Shown here: positions 52,920 to 64,000 of the stretch, one piece after another
How the letters are laid out: each line of letters starts with the position of its first letter
How positions within the stretch are numbered: the first letter of the stretch is position 1
Assembly (NCBI GenBank): GCA_002269645.1
Contig: NIVC01000884.1
Span: forward strand, 1 to 64,000
DNA: 64,000 nt
DNA from: Macrostomum lignano
Lineage: Eukaryota
Reading direction: 5' to 3'
The notes under the pieces: model-generated
Databases searched by the model: none
What the model was told of the DNA's origin: nothing
What the model saw: the letters and a program-made list of their open reading frames with translations, nothing else
Translations under genes and position numbers: made by a program

Positions 52920-55600
52920 TGTAGCTGAGATGAGAGATGAGATGAGAGTGGAGATATGAGATAGCAGACAGGAGACAGGAGAGATGAGAGGAGAGAAAAT
53001 AAAGGAGAGATAAGAGCGTACAGCTGAAATAAAAAAGAGGAGAGAGGAAAGAGATGAAAGGTCAGAGATAAGAGAGTTAAGAGAAGAAAGGAGAGGGTAT
53101 AGAAAATAAGATAAACAAGAGTAGCAAGGAGAAAGAAAAGAGAGAGAGTATAGGAGAGACGATAGATAAATGAGTAGAGATGAGATATGAGAGGAGAGAA
53201 GAGGGGAGAGATAAGGGAGAAGCAAGGACACAGGAGAGGGTACAGATGAAACACGAGGGAGAAGAGATAAATACGAGCGTAAAGAGGTAGAGAGGAGGAG
53301 GGGGAAGAGAGTAATGGCGAGAATGCAGAGAGGAGACATGAGAGTCTGAGTCTGGACGAGGGAAGTCAGTTTTTGCAAACAGGGAAAACAAGATATGGTA
53401 TTTGAAAGGCTTTGCAGAGGATTTGGAGACAATTTAGAATATGGGATTCAAGACAACTTAGTTCCTCCTGATTGCGACTTAGTTCCTCCTGATTGCAACT
53501 TAGTTCCTCCTGATTGCGACTTAGTTCCTCCTGATTGCGACTTAGTTCCTCTCCTGTCTCTTCTTTTTCCTTTCTTTTCCTTTTCTCTTCCTCTCCTTTC
53601 TTTCTTCCCTTAATTTTTTTCATTTCCCATTTCTGATTTTGCGACTTACCTTGGCTGGCGGCCATTTCACCTGTCTGGTTCAGACAGGTTGGACAGGTGT
53701 TAGGCATGTATGTGCGCAACAATCGGCCAAGTCAGCCGATCTGGCCAACTGATACAATAGAGCTTATATATAACGAGGCCAACTCCTCCGTTGGCGGAGT
53801 GAGGGGATAGAACTCCCATCGCCAGAATTTCATTCCCCGAAACCATCAGCTGAATCCAATGACACGAATCCCACCGTCCAAATCCTCTCCAAATCCAATA
53901 TTAACCTCCCAAAAACCATGTTGTTTTACCTGTGTGCAAAAATTGACTGCCTGCCATCGTCCAGACTGACTCTCGCCTGTCTCCTCTCTCCTCTTTGCTC
54001 TCTCATCTCTAATCTCTCCTATCTCCTCTCTGCTCTCATCTCCTCGCTTATCTATCATTTCTCATCTCTCATCTCTACTCTCTTATCTCTCCTCTCTGCG
54101 CTCTCATATTTACTCTCTTCTTTCTCCTCACTACTTTCTCCTCTACTTTTTCCTCTCTCCTCTTTTATCTCTTCTCTCTTGTCTCTCCTCTCCTTTATCT
54201 CCTGTCTGCTCACTCATCTCTCTACTTTCTCCCCTCTCCTCTCTCCCTTATAATCTCGCTTCTCTCTCCTCTCTCTCCCTTCATCTCTACTCATTTATCT
54301 CTTCTCTCTCATCTTTCGGCTCTACTCCCTCCTGTCTCCTCTTTCTCCTCTCTTACCCCCCTCTCCTCTCTCCTCTCAATTCCCTCATCTCTTCTCTTGC
54401 CTTTATTCTCTTTTTCTTTTCTCTAATCTGTCCCTTTTAATTCTCTCTTTTCATGTTCTCTTTCATCTAATCTTTTATCTACTCTAGCCTTTTCTCTTTT
54501 CTCTATTCCCTTTCATTTAACCATTTCATCCTATCCATGAACAGCTATCATCAAAATCCTCTCCGTTAAACTGCAATCAAGCGTGTATCATCTCCTTCAA
54601 GCTACAATCCATCGATTTAAAAAAATATTATCTCTATCAAATTTCAGTCAATCAAGACTATGAAACTGAAGTCTATAAAAATATGCTTTTTACTTGTCTG
54701 GGTATACGTCAAAAAATCTTCCAAATCTTCCAAATCCTCCATAAAACCTCTGAAATATCATAGCATGTTTTCCCTGTTTACAAAAATTGACTGCCATCGT
54801 CCAGACTGAGACTCTCTCCTGTCGCCTCTCTCCTCTTTGCTCCTTTATCTAATCTCTTCTTTCTGCTTCCTGCTCTCCATCTCCTCTCTCATCTCTACTC
54901 TTACTTTCTTATCAATCACCTCCCATCTCTCATCTCTCCTCTCTACGCTCTCATCTCTATTTTCTCATCTCTATTCTCTCATCTTTTCCCTTTGCTCTCT
55001 CATTTGTTTTTTCATCTCTCTCTTCTCTCCCTTCTCTTCTCGCTTCTCTCTCTCCCCTCTTCACTCTATCTCTTCTCTCCTGTCTTCTCTCATTTCTCTC
55101 TATCTCTCCTCTTCTCTCTCATCTCTCATCTCTACTCGCTTATCTATCGCCTCTCCTCTACCCTGTCCTCTCTTTCTCTCCTCTCTTTTCTCTCTCGTCT
55201 CTCCTCTCTGCTCTCATTTCTCATACTCCTATTTTCTCTCTTACCCTCTCCCTTTTCATCTCTCATCTTTCCCCTCTTCTCTCTACCGTCTCCTGTCTCA
55301 TCTCTCCTCTCTCTTCTCTCTCCTCTGTACTATCTTATCCCTCCTCTCTCCTCCCATCTTACCTCCCTCCTTTGCTCTCTCATTTTTCCTCTCTCCCCTC
55401 CTTTCTTCCCTCTACATTCTCTTCTCTTCGCTCTCCCTCTTCATCATTCCCGCCTCACTCCCCTCTTCTCTCCCCTCTGTCGTCGACTCGTCTTTAATCT
55501 CACAGCTCTCATATCTACTGTCTTTTCTATCATCTTTCTATCCTCTCTTCTCCTTGAAATCTCTTCTCTCTACTCTCTTATCTGACGGACTGAAAGCGCC
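52920..55600. repeat. Three copies of a header + long polypyrimidine-tract element: one inverted (52920-53450), two direct (53870-54530, 54710-55600)
   Basis: Shared header tgttttccctgtt..caaaaa(t/c)tgact.ccatcgtccagact.agactctc at ~53920 and ~54767, and as reverse complement at ~53340-53392. Each is followed by 400-800 bp of degenerate CT-rich sequence. Confidence 0.8.
53455..53550. repeat. 21-bp tandem repeat (gacttagttcctcctgattgc), about 4 copies
   Basis: Direct reading. Confidence 0.9.
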
Positions 55601-56322
55601 GATAATCAAACCAATTGAAATTTGTCACCCGCCTCCTCCATTACTGAAATTCCTCAAATGATAGCTGGCTTGAATTTGTGTACGCAACCTCCCCCCAACT
55701 ACAATCTTGGCAGAAAGTTTAAAAGTATGGAAATCGTTTTTTTCAATGCTGTGCTTTTTGTTTTCATATTTAAAGCAAATAACTTATATCCCCGAATTTA
55801 GCGTTGCAAGATCGAGCAAAGCTTCAAAGCATTAAGTATCGAGTGTACATTCACCTGCCTGCTGTTTATTCATTGAATTTCACTGCCCAGCTAATATACA
55901 GCCAGGGCTGCCTTTCGAAAGGCGCCGATAATAAAACCAATTGAATCTCGACACAGTCCTATCTATCTGTTTACAATGTACATTGCTATGTACACTCAGC
56001 CCAAACCAACCCTCCGTTCTGGGGGGAATCATTAAGTTTAACTGAACCCCCCAACACGCGGGGGTTTTATTAGCATTGAACCCAGAACACGCATCACCCA
56101 CCCCTCCAATACACAGCGACCTGCGGGGGGGGGTTGGGGTGGTTGTTTTTACAACTAATGCCACTGGAGAGGCAAAGTGGCCAAAGAAAGTTAAGAAAAC
56201 AGTTTTCTGCTTTTTTTAGCAGACTTAATTTTGAAAATTTCAACATTAAAATAGCCTATTTGTTGCGTAGGAAAATTCTGCATTGATATATATAAGTCGC
56301 GCATTTGAGTTGCCAGCCGTTT

Positions 56323-56382
56323 AGGAGGAGATACGCGTTAAACCCGGCCGGTCGATCGATCCACTCAGCTTTAGATATAAGA
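56323..56382 (+). repeat. Second copy of the dispersed repeat seen at 33005-33076
   Basis: aggaggagatacgcgtt...gatcgatccactcagctttagatataaga. Confidence 0.55.
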
Positions 56383-58041
56383 TCATAAGCAGCATTGTTC
56401 TAGTTTACTTTGTTATATTCCAACCCCCCCTACCCTTGAATAAAGGGCAAAATAATTTAATGCAGTAAACTAGAACTATGCCTCATAAGCATATGTCTAG
56501 AGCAAATTAGGCTTATATTAATGATAAATATAGCATAGCCTAAATAAGTCTAAAAATTTATAAATAATTTAAATTTTTATTAAAGTAGATACTTACTTTT
56601 TACAAACTATCATCAGGTTACTACATGGTGAAAGTAGTTCTACTGAGCATCCATTAATTAAGGCAGACTCCTCAAATGGATTGTCTTTGATTCTTCTTAA
56701 GGTGACATTTTCATATACCATTTTGAAGTAGACCAGGCCTAGTAGAACAATCAAAGCCTAATAATAGTAATAATGCAATATAAAAAAATTTGTTGTCCTA
56801 CACTTTACTTTGGGCTAACTATCAAAAGCAAAGACAAAGACTTGGGAACTTAAAATTTTGAAAGTTGAAAAACTCTCAGACTATTTTGTAAATAAGAATC
56901 CAGATTCCAGACCTTGGCTTAAGGCCTATTTATTTCACTTTGTATTTGTCTTAGGCCTTATTAATAAATTTATTGTAAAATATTAACACAATATGCATCT
57001 ATAAAATAAGTAGACAAGACAAGACAATATATTGAAAATTGGATAGTTTATTCCTGGGAGGCTTAGGATTTAGTATTTACTACCATTCAAGTAAGATACA
57101 CTAATATAGGTCCAACTCAAGACTAGTCTAAAGACAATTCCAATTACTAATTCCGATTTGGTAATAATTAAATTTCAAATCAAATATTTTACTTCAAACT
57201 TTCACTGTATTTTTTTGCGAGATACAAAACTTAAATTTTAGTATGCGTGCACCGTCCTTGTTAGTTTGTACAATTAAATTAGTGCAATTTTCTAAGAAAT
57301 ATGCATACAAATAAAATTTTAACTTAAACGTCAAAAATATGAGTGACAGCGGTGTAAGTTTTAATTTTCAATCCTTATAAAAAGTTAATAGCAAATCACT
57401 GTACACTTTTTTACTCAGTCCTTTACTTTATACGTTTCCGAGTTTCGTTTAATTGGGTTCCTATCAGGGTGCTTCAGAAAAAAAGATCTCGGCAGATCGG
57501 GCAGAATGAGCATCTGTACTTTCAGAACCAACTTTCAAATGGGACAATACCCGGTAGAGCAAGACGGTGGTTATTTTTGTTCGTTTGTAAATCGTATATC
57601 TGCTTCGATTCAGTGTGGGTCCTTTCTCCAGGTGAGCTGCAACGGTAGTCGATTTATTCACTTCACACTGTCTTACCTGATGCACGGAATATTGAATATT
57701 AATCCGTATTTTATTAGCAATGCTGTATTGATTTTAAGTTGCAAATTTGATGAATTGCACGATTAAGGAATGAATTTGCGTGAAGGGCACAAGAGTGGTA
57801 TAGGAGACGATATGCCATGAAAAAAAGTGTTGCAGCTTTTTGCCAGATTAGCATTTATTAAAAGTTATGATGCAATTTAATAAATCTAAATGACCATTAA
57901 TTCGACATTAAAATGTCTGCAATGTACCACGCCAGGCTTTGTAAGCAGCTGACTGCATGCGGTTAGAACTCAAAAATCGAAGTTACGTTACACATGTATC
58001 TCTCTGATCTCTGAACACTATTCATGAACATTCATCAACAG

Positions 58042-58729
58042 AGCCCTCCTGACTCTCTGCATCCTCGGCTCCCAGGCCACTGGCGGCAGTGGCTGCACCC
58101 CGAAGGATTCATTCATGGTGGTCAACGCCAGTCTGCATCAACAGCGAATTCACGAAGATGCCCATCAGAGCCGGGCTGCATCGGAGGCCGAGTGCTCCGG
58201 CCCTGCTGTGCTCAGTCGCGCTTTCAGGCTTTCAGCACTGCGCACGTCAGTGCCAGCTGTCAGGTGCAGCAAACGGGTGAGAAATTCTGCAGCTGCTCAG
58301 CCACTGGTCGGCTCTTTCTGCAGCCAGGAAGGCTGTGTCCGTCTGACTACGATGAGCAGCTGTGCGGAGTGAAGTACAAGCTGTAATCCAACCCTGAGCC
58401 AACTGCATGGCAGCAGAGCTGAGGTGCGACAGTGAGTTCAGTCTCGAAATCATGGCCGACGTGTTGGATGCTGCAGAGATTAAGCTTCATCAACTCGCAG
58501 TTCAGCAGAGTGTACTCGCGGATGGCGGATCCGTGTGGCATGGGCGGCTACTAGACTGCAAGGGCAGCGGCGAGCCGCGCGAAGGCTGGCGGTGGGTTGC
58601 CTGCGGCCTGGGCGTGAGCGCCGCTCTGTGGGCCGATGGAGAGCCCAGAAACTCAGGTGGCAAAGAGAACGAGCCATAGGTCGCTACTATTGGCATGGTT
58701 TAAACGATTCCGACGGGTTTTCGTCCTAG
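58042..58729 (+). pseudogene. Disrupted secreted PAN/apple-like + C-type lectin domain gene (or indel errors in the assembly)
   Basis: Three frames stitch into LLTLCILGSQATGG (signal-like)...SEAEC / CCAQSRFQAF...CPSDYDEQLCGVKYKL* / AELRC...VWHG...GWRWV...LWADGEPRNSGGKEN / GLND. Needs >=2 frameshifts and one stop. Confidence 0.5.
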
Positions 58730-58845
58730 AGAGTTCACACCCTGTGCGAGTGCGTCTCGCCGTTTGACTAAACGTGCAGATTAATCGGCTGCATCATGGC
58801 TAATTCAACATGCACTCTTATAGCCTTAAATGCCTTAGTATATGC

Positions 58846-59495
58846 GGGGGCCCATCACAAGCTCGAAAAATCACATCGTCGAAAAGTTTAGCAACCACCA
58901 TCACAAGCTTGAATAGGGTTAGGGTTAGAGTTAGTGCCTTAGGGTTAGGGCTTAGGGTTAAGTTTAGGGTTGGGGTTGAACTTGTGCCTTAAGGTTAGGG
59001 TTTAGGGTTAGGGTCGGGTTAGAACTAGTGCCTTTAAGTTAGGGTTTAGGGTTAGGTTAGGGTTGGGGTTTGGGTTATGGTTCAGGGTTAGGCTAGGGTA
59101 CTGGTGCCTTAGGGTTAGGGTTAGTGCCTTGGGGTCAGGGTTTGAGCTTGTGCCTTTTCGAGCTTGTGATGATGTTTGCTAAACTTTTCGACGATGTGAT
59201 TTTTCGAGCTTATGACTTTTCGAGCTTGTGATGGTGGCTGCTAAATCAGTTTTCGACGATATGATTTTTCGAGCTTATGACTTTTCGAGCTTGTGATGGT
59301 GGTTTCTAAACTTTTCGACGTTATGATTTTTCGAGCTTATGACTTTTCGAGCTTGTGATGGTGGTTTCTAAACTTTTCGACGTTATGATTTTTCGAGCTT
59401 ATGACTTTTCGAGATTGTGATGCCGGTTGCTAAATCAGTTTTCGACGATATGATTTTTCGAGCTTGTGACTTTTCGAGCTTGTGATGGCGACCCC
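58846..59495. mobile_element. Non-autonomous TIR element carrying degenerate (TTAGGG)n, with a tandemly expanded right arm
   Basis: Left gggggcccatcacaagctcgaaaa versus reverse complement of the right end ggggtcgccatcacaagctcgaaaa. TTAGGG-rich core ~58913-59145. Five 62-65-bp right-arm units are the inverse of the left arm. Confidence 0.75.
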
Positions 59496-59786
59496 TTGCC
59501 TCTAGACATGAAATGCGTTTTTAACCTCACAAGTTTTTACGTATTGAGTGTTGTCTTTTGAAACAAAAGCTATTTAATTTATACTTTTATTGAATATTTA
59601 AAGTAGTCCTGTAGTTCACGAATCAATTATTGAATTATTGAAGATCAAAGGTGTAGCTTGTTCTAAAGTTCAAGAATTTTTAATTTAATGGGAATGTCGG
59701 CTCAGCAACGTGTAAGAGCTATTCACGAGTATCATTTCATACGAGTATAAACACAAATATTATTCGCTCTTTTGCGGTGACCGAAC

Positions 59787-60172
59787 AGGGAATTTAGAGC
59801 AGTACCAGGGGGAATCTAGAGAGCTGACAGAGGGGAATTTAGAGCAGTACCAGGGGAATCTAGAGCAGTACCAGGGGAAATCTAGAGAGGTGACAGAGGG
59901 GAATTTAGAGCAGTACCAGGGGAAATCTAGAGAGGTGACAGAGGGGAATTTAGAGCAGTGCCAGGGGGAATCTAGAGAGCTGACAGAGGGGAATTTAGAG
60001 CAGTGCCAGGGGGAATCTAGAGAGCTGACAGAGGGGAATTTAGAGCAGTGCCAGGAGGAATCTAGAGAGCTGACAGAGGGGAATTTAGAGCAGTGCCAGG
60101 GGGAATCTAGAGAGCTGACAGAGGGGAATTTAGAGCAGTACCAGGGGGAATCTAGAGAGGTGGCAGGGAGAA
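59787..60172. repeat. 45-bp minisatellite (gacagaggggaatttagagcagtgccagggggaatctagagagct)
   Basis: Period 45. Confidence 0.93.
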
Positions 60173-60674
60173 TCTGAAGTGGGGCGAGGGGGGAATCTAG
60201 GGGTGACAGGGGGATCTAGAGGACAGACAAGGGAATCTAGAGGATATATAAGTGATTTGATGATTAATGAAAAAACAATGGTGAATAGAGTCCAGATTCC
60301 AGATCTCTTGGACCAAGAGTTTCTACACAATCTCATATCGCTCAAAATTATTGATTTTGGAATGCAGTAAATAATTTTGTATAGATTAACACTGCGTTCA
60401 TCTGCCAAACGAAAAAACAGATTGTCAATTCTAATGAATAGCATGTACGCTCGTAGCTACTGTAGTCATTTATTGTAGGGCCATTTTGCACTTAATCAAA
60501 CTTGAGCCTTCAAATTTATTGTATATATCGAACATTGCTTGTTTACTTCACTACTACTGATTATAAGTTTGTTGAGTAGTAGCATACGTGAACTTAGTGA
60601 ACTGGAGAAAGTTAAATTTAGCACCTCGGGTGGGATTTTTGCGCAATATTATTTGAAATTGGTATTGTTAGCAC

Positions 60675-60950
60675 TGACATTTTGGCGCCACAGACTCAGG
60701 CACTCATTTTGGCGCCCGGCCAGGCACTATTTTGGCGCCGCAGAAACACATTTTGGCGCCTCATGTACTCATTTTGGCGCCTCTGGCACTCATTTTGGCG
60801 CCTCAGGTACTCATTAGGGCGCCGCGAGCACTCAGGCACTTATTTTGGCGCGGCTGGCACTCATTTTGGCACCGCAGGCATTCAGGCACTCATTCTGGCC
60901 TGCAGACACGATCAGTCACTTATTTTGGCGCGGCTGGCACTCATTTTGGT
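60675..60950. repeat. Degenerate tandem repeat around gcactcattttggcgcc
   Basis: About 10 imperfect copies. Confidence 0.75.
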
Positions 60951-63417
60951 TCCCTAAGTCAAACTTCTTGATTTCCATAACGGTGACAATAAGCATGTAG
61001 CAATATATTGAATAATAGTACGATCGAAGTTATGTGCACTGGTCGATAATCAGACATGTTCGAGAGTGCTCGCCGGTGCACTGTTTTTTTCTTCTACTTT
61101 CTTCTTCATCCGTCAGACCAGCTATTAAATCCGTTGTAGTCCAGAATTCCATCTATTCGATGCGCATCATCGTGTGCGCGTGCAGCTAAAAATAAGTTGT
61201 ACTGTTCAGCAGTTACTAAGTTTGGGCAAGTGAGTCACTGGACAATATTAGATGCATTCCTTTTCCTAATCCTGAATTTTCAAGAATCAAGCATGGGTCA
61301 TGCATTAGTCTGTCCAGATAACGGCTGTTAAAGGATTATTTTTCGGCACAAATACAAAAATGTTTTATTACTATATTTTATACTTCTACAACTATAATAC
61401 ACATTAGCTAATTGGGACACGCGTGCACTACGCAGAACACCCAGCAGGACAGGGATTAACTAAAAAGTATGTGCAATAAAAAGACTTTAATTTCTGCTGC
61501 TTCTGCTCCATTTTCTATCCAACCCACACAGCACAGCGCACAGTAGTAGTCAGTTGGCCAATGCGGCGGTGGCAGACGCATTGAGATTGGGATTGAAAAT
61601 GCAAAAAAAACCGCGTGGAAAGCAATAGCTATCATGTATTGTAGTAATAATAGTCAGAAAGGTAAAAATACAAGGGGCGCGAGAGTGTACAATAATGTAC
61701 GTTACATACGTGCGTATCAAGCCAAGATCTCACACTATATATTAAGTAACTTGAAAACTAACATTCTTGCATTACCTACCAACACCAGTCCCCAGTATAC
61801 CACACCAACCCCAAAAGTCTGAGACCTCAACCCCCCTTACCCGGTTCAGCGTCCTTCCTCTTCTAACTCTCCCCCCGGTAATAAAAAACCCGCGCCAGGG
61901 GGGTGTTGAAAGGGCAGACAAGTGTGGGGTGGTGGGGCGGCCCGGCGCGTGGCTGGGAGAGGAGGCGGGGTTTGCCTGGCCCAGTGTACATCTGATACTG
62001 AAGGCTATTTTCTCCAATAACACCAGTGGGTGGGGGCAGGAGTGCAATGGCAAATAGCGGGCTTTGGGTCTGGCCCTGGGCTTCATTGGCTCAACGCACA
62101 TACACGCGCACTCAACTGAAGGAGGAAACCCCCATACACAAGCGCACACGATTCCCCCCATAAGCGATTTGAGTTAAATTTTTCTGGGAACCTTTCCCAC
62201 TGACACTGCAGAGCCTGAAGCAAATAAGGGGACAAGTTGAAGCAAATTTGTCACCGTTATTCAGTGAAAGTCGGTCTCCCGACTCAGTCTGTTGGTTATA
62301 TTCCGATCTTACAGACTTGGATTGCATGATTGCGGAACCTTTTATATTCTTCTCAAAGATATCGTATTATTATTTTCCAAGTCAAATTCGATACATTTAG
62401 ACAGCACAGCAAGTAAAAAATCTGATTTGTTAGTCTTTCACGCGTTCAAAGAAGACTGAAAGAAGCCAACAACAGAGAGAGGAGCAAGCTGTGTTGAGCA
62501 ATGGGTAAGTAATTAATAAAATCAAACAATTTGGCTCGTAATAATATAGATAAATTATTTACCCGAAATGCGAAAAGTACATGATACTGATAAATTTGAT
62601 AGATGTTTATAACTATAACTATAACTATAGTATAAGGAGAAGATACGAGGATATTCGAATTCATGAAAAATGGAAGGATTCGTTCCATCTCTACATATCA
62701 AGATCCAATCGATACCACGGGCAATGGCACAAATATAATTAATCAGTAGGCTAATATTACTATACAGAATCTCCAGCTTCTTAATTGTCATAAAGCTAGC
62801 TTAGAAATTCAATTTTAGCAACAGTTTAGTTGAGTAAACAGCGAGAGTAACTATAACTGCCAGTTGATAGCCAAGTGCTTCGTCATCTAATTAGTACGCA
62901 CTATATACTGTACCAAATTGCCAGTTAAAATAAAGTCACCTGGCTTTGAGGTTGAATACGCAAACTAAGCAAGCGCATAGTTAGAGTTGAAATATGCAGC
63001 TACGGATGATGTACTTGCTGTCTGTCTGCTCCTGCCCTGTGTGTGTGGCTCTCTCCCTTGCTGCCTAAATATAATATGTATAAACAGTATATATCTGATA
63101 TAATTACAAACACAAATGCCCACACAGAGATACGTCACGTGACTCCATAGCAAATTGCTAGAACGCAAGTTGTTGTTAATGGAAAGCATTTGCCTGTATG
63201 CGTGTATAAATGTTGTGTTTATCTGTTCAGCCACGGGGTCTAGTTGATAAAAATCAACGAAGTTTCAGAGGAACCACAGTCAGACCCTGTATAATAGCAC
63301 ACTGTCACCGTATGACCATCATATGAAATTACAATTATAAAATTAATTGTCAGTAATCAGGATTTACAATGTGCGGATTATTATCTTAATCTTATCTTTT
63401 CTTGATTTTTTATCTTT

Positions 63418-63578
63418 CCCCTTCTCAGATCCCGGATCCTCTGGAACCCCTTCTCAAATCCCAATAACCCGATTTCCCTTCTCAAATCCCAATAACCTGA
63501 TTCCCCTTCTCAAATCCCAATAACCCGATTCCCCTTCTCAGATCCCAATAACCTGATTCCCCTTCTCAGATCCCAATC
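63418..63578. repeat. 28-bp tandem repeat (ccccttctcaaatcccaataacccgatt)
   Basis: About 5-6 copies. Confidence 0.88.
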
Positions 63579-63723
63579 CCTCTTTTCGATCAGAATCCCC
63601 ACCAGGGCCCAGGCCTTATACGTCATACGATATCCCTATCAAAGCAATTTATAGTGCTAATTAAATTAGCAAAAATATTCCAGACTACTGTAAGGCAGCT
63701 CTTCGTCGACAGCTGACATCGGC

Positions 63724-64000
63724 ATGAGTCATCGTTTCGACGAGCATGGAGATGGCGGCGGTGGTGGAGGCGGAGGCGGCAGTGACTCTGCGAAGCTGTA
63801 CCGCCAGCATCTTCTTCGGCATCACAGCCATCAGCAGCAACAGCAGCAGCAACGCGCCTCCGCTTTCTTTTTCGCCGAGTTGAACACCGACTTGGCCACC
63901 TACGCGGATCCGGCCGCAATTTCCGACTCCGATCGCCGACTTTGCTGCCACGGATGCTGCGGCATCGGCGGAGGCTACGGAGGTGCCGGCAGGGTCACCG
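63724..64000 (+). CDS. Probable coding exon running off the window; product unknown (poly-Gly, poly-Gln)
   Basis: Open from ATG 63724 to the end: MSHRFDEHGDGGGGGGGGSDSAKLYRQHLLRHHSHQQQQQQQRASAFFFAELNTDL... GC-rich like other exons; in-frame stop upstream at 63691. Absent from the ORF track because no stop falls in the window. Confidence 0.55.
   Translation, partial: MSHRFDEHGDGGGGGGGGGSDSAKLYRQHLLRHHSHQQQQQQQRASAFFFAELNTDLATYADPAAISDSDRRLCCHGCCGIGGGYGGAGRVT

Noticed and set aside
52698-55661. Leu/Ser-rich ORFs resembling membrane proteins
   Set aside because: Artefacts of low-complexity CT/GA tracts.
57523-57631. Possible upstream exon of the lectin-like gene
   Set aside because: Two frames are open and neither phase matches the 58042 acceptor.

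Overview
Eukaryotic, intron-containing animal DNA that is very rich in satellites. GC-rich exons with poly-Ala/poly-Gln tracts, GACA/GATA satellites in introns and a Mab-21 gene suggest the flatworm Macrostomum; this is inference, not verified. The window opens inside a >=9.4 kb (GATA)n array and holds about 20 further tandem-repeat arrays, which generate most ORFs in the track. Genes reconstructed by hand from GT-AG junctions and frame continuity are: a 5' exon of an RGK-type small GTPase (-); a 3-exon, 1431-aa protein fusing 22 ankyrin repeats to a Mab-21/cGAS-like nucleotidyltransferase (+); a CNBD-family cNMP-binding-domain gene (+); PSMD9 (-); two tandem AADAC/NCEH1-like esterases (-); CARM1 (-, first exon unresolved); a disrupted PAN/apple + C-type lectin gene (+); and an ORF running off the right edge. 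Mobile DNA includes two 5'-truncated copies of one RTE-like LINE, both inserted in minisatellites, an intact DD34D mariner, tRNA-derived SINEs, probable Helitron 3' ends, several MITEs (one carrying TTAGGG repeats) and an RNase H relic. The best candidate for an undescribed system is the ankyrin-array cGAS-like receptor, whose repeats vary mainly at binding-surface positions.
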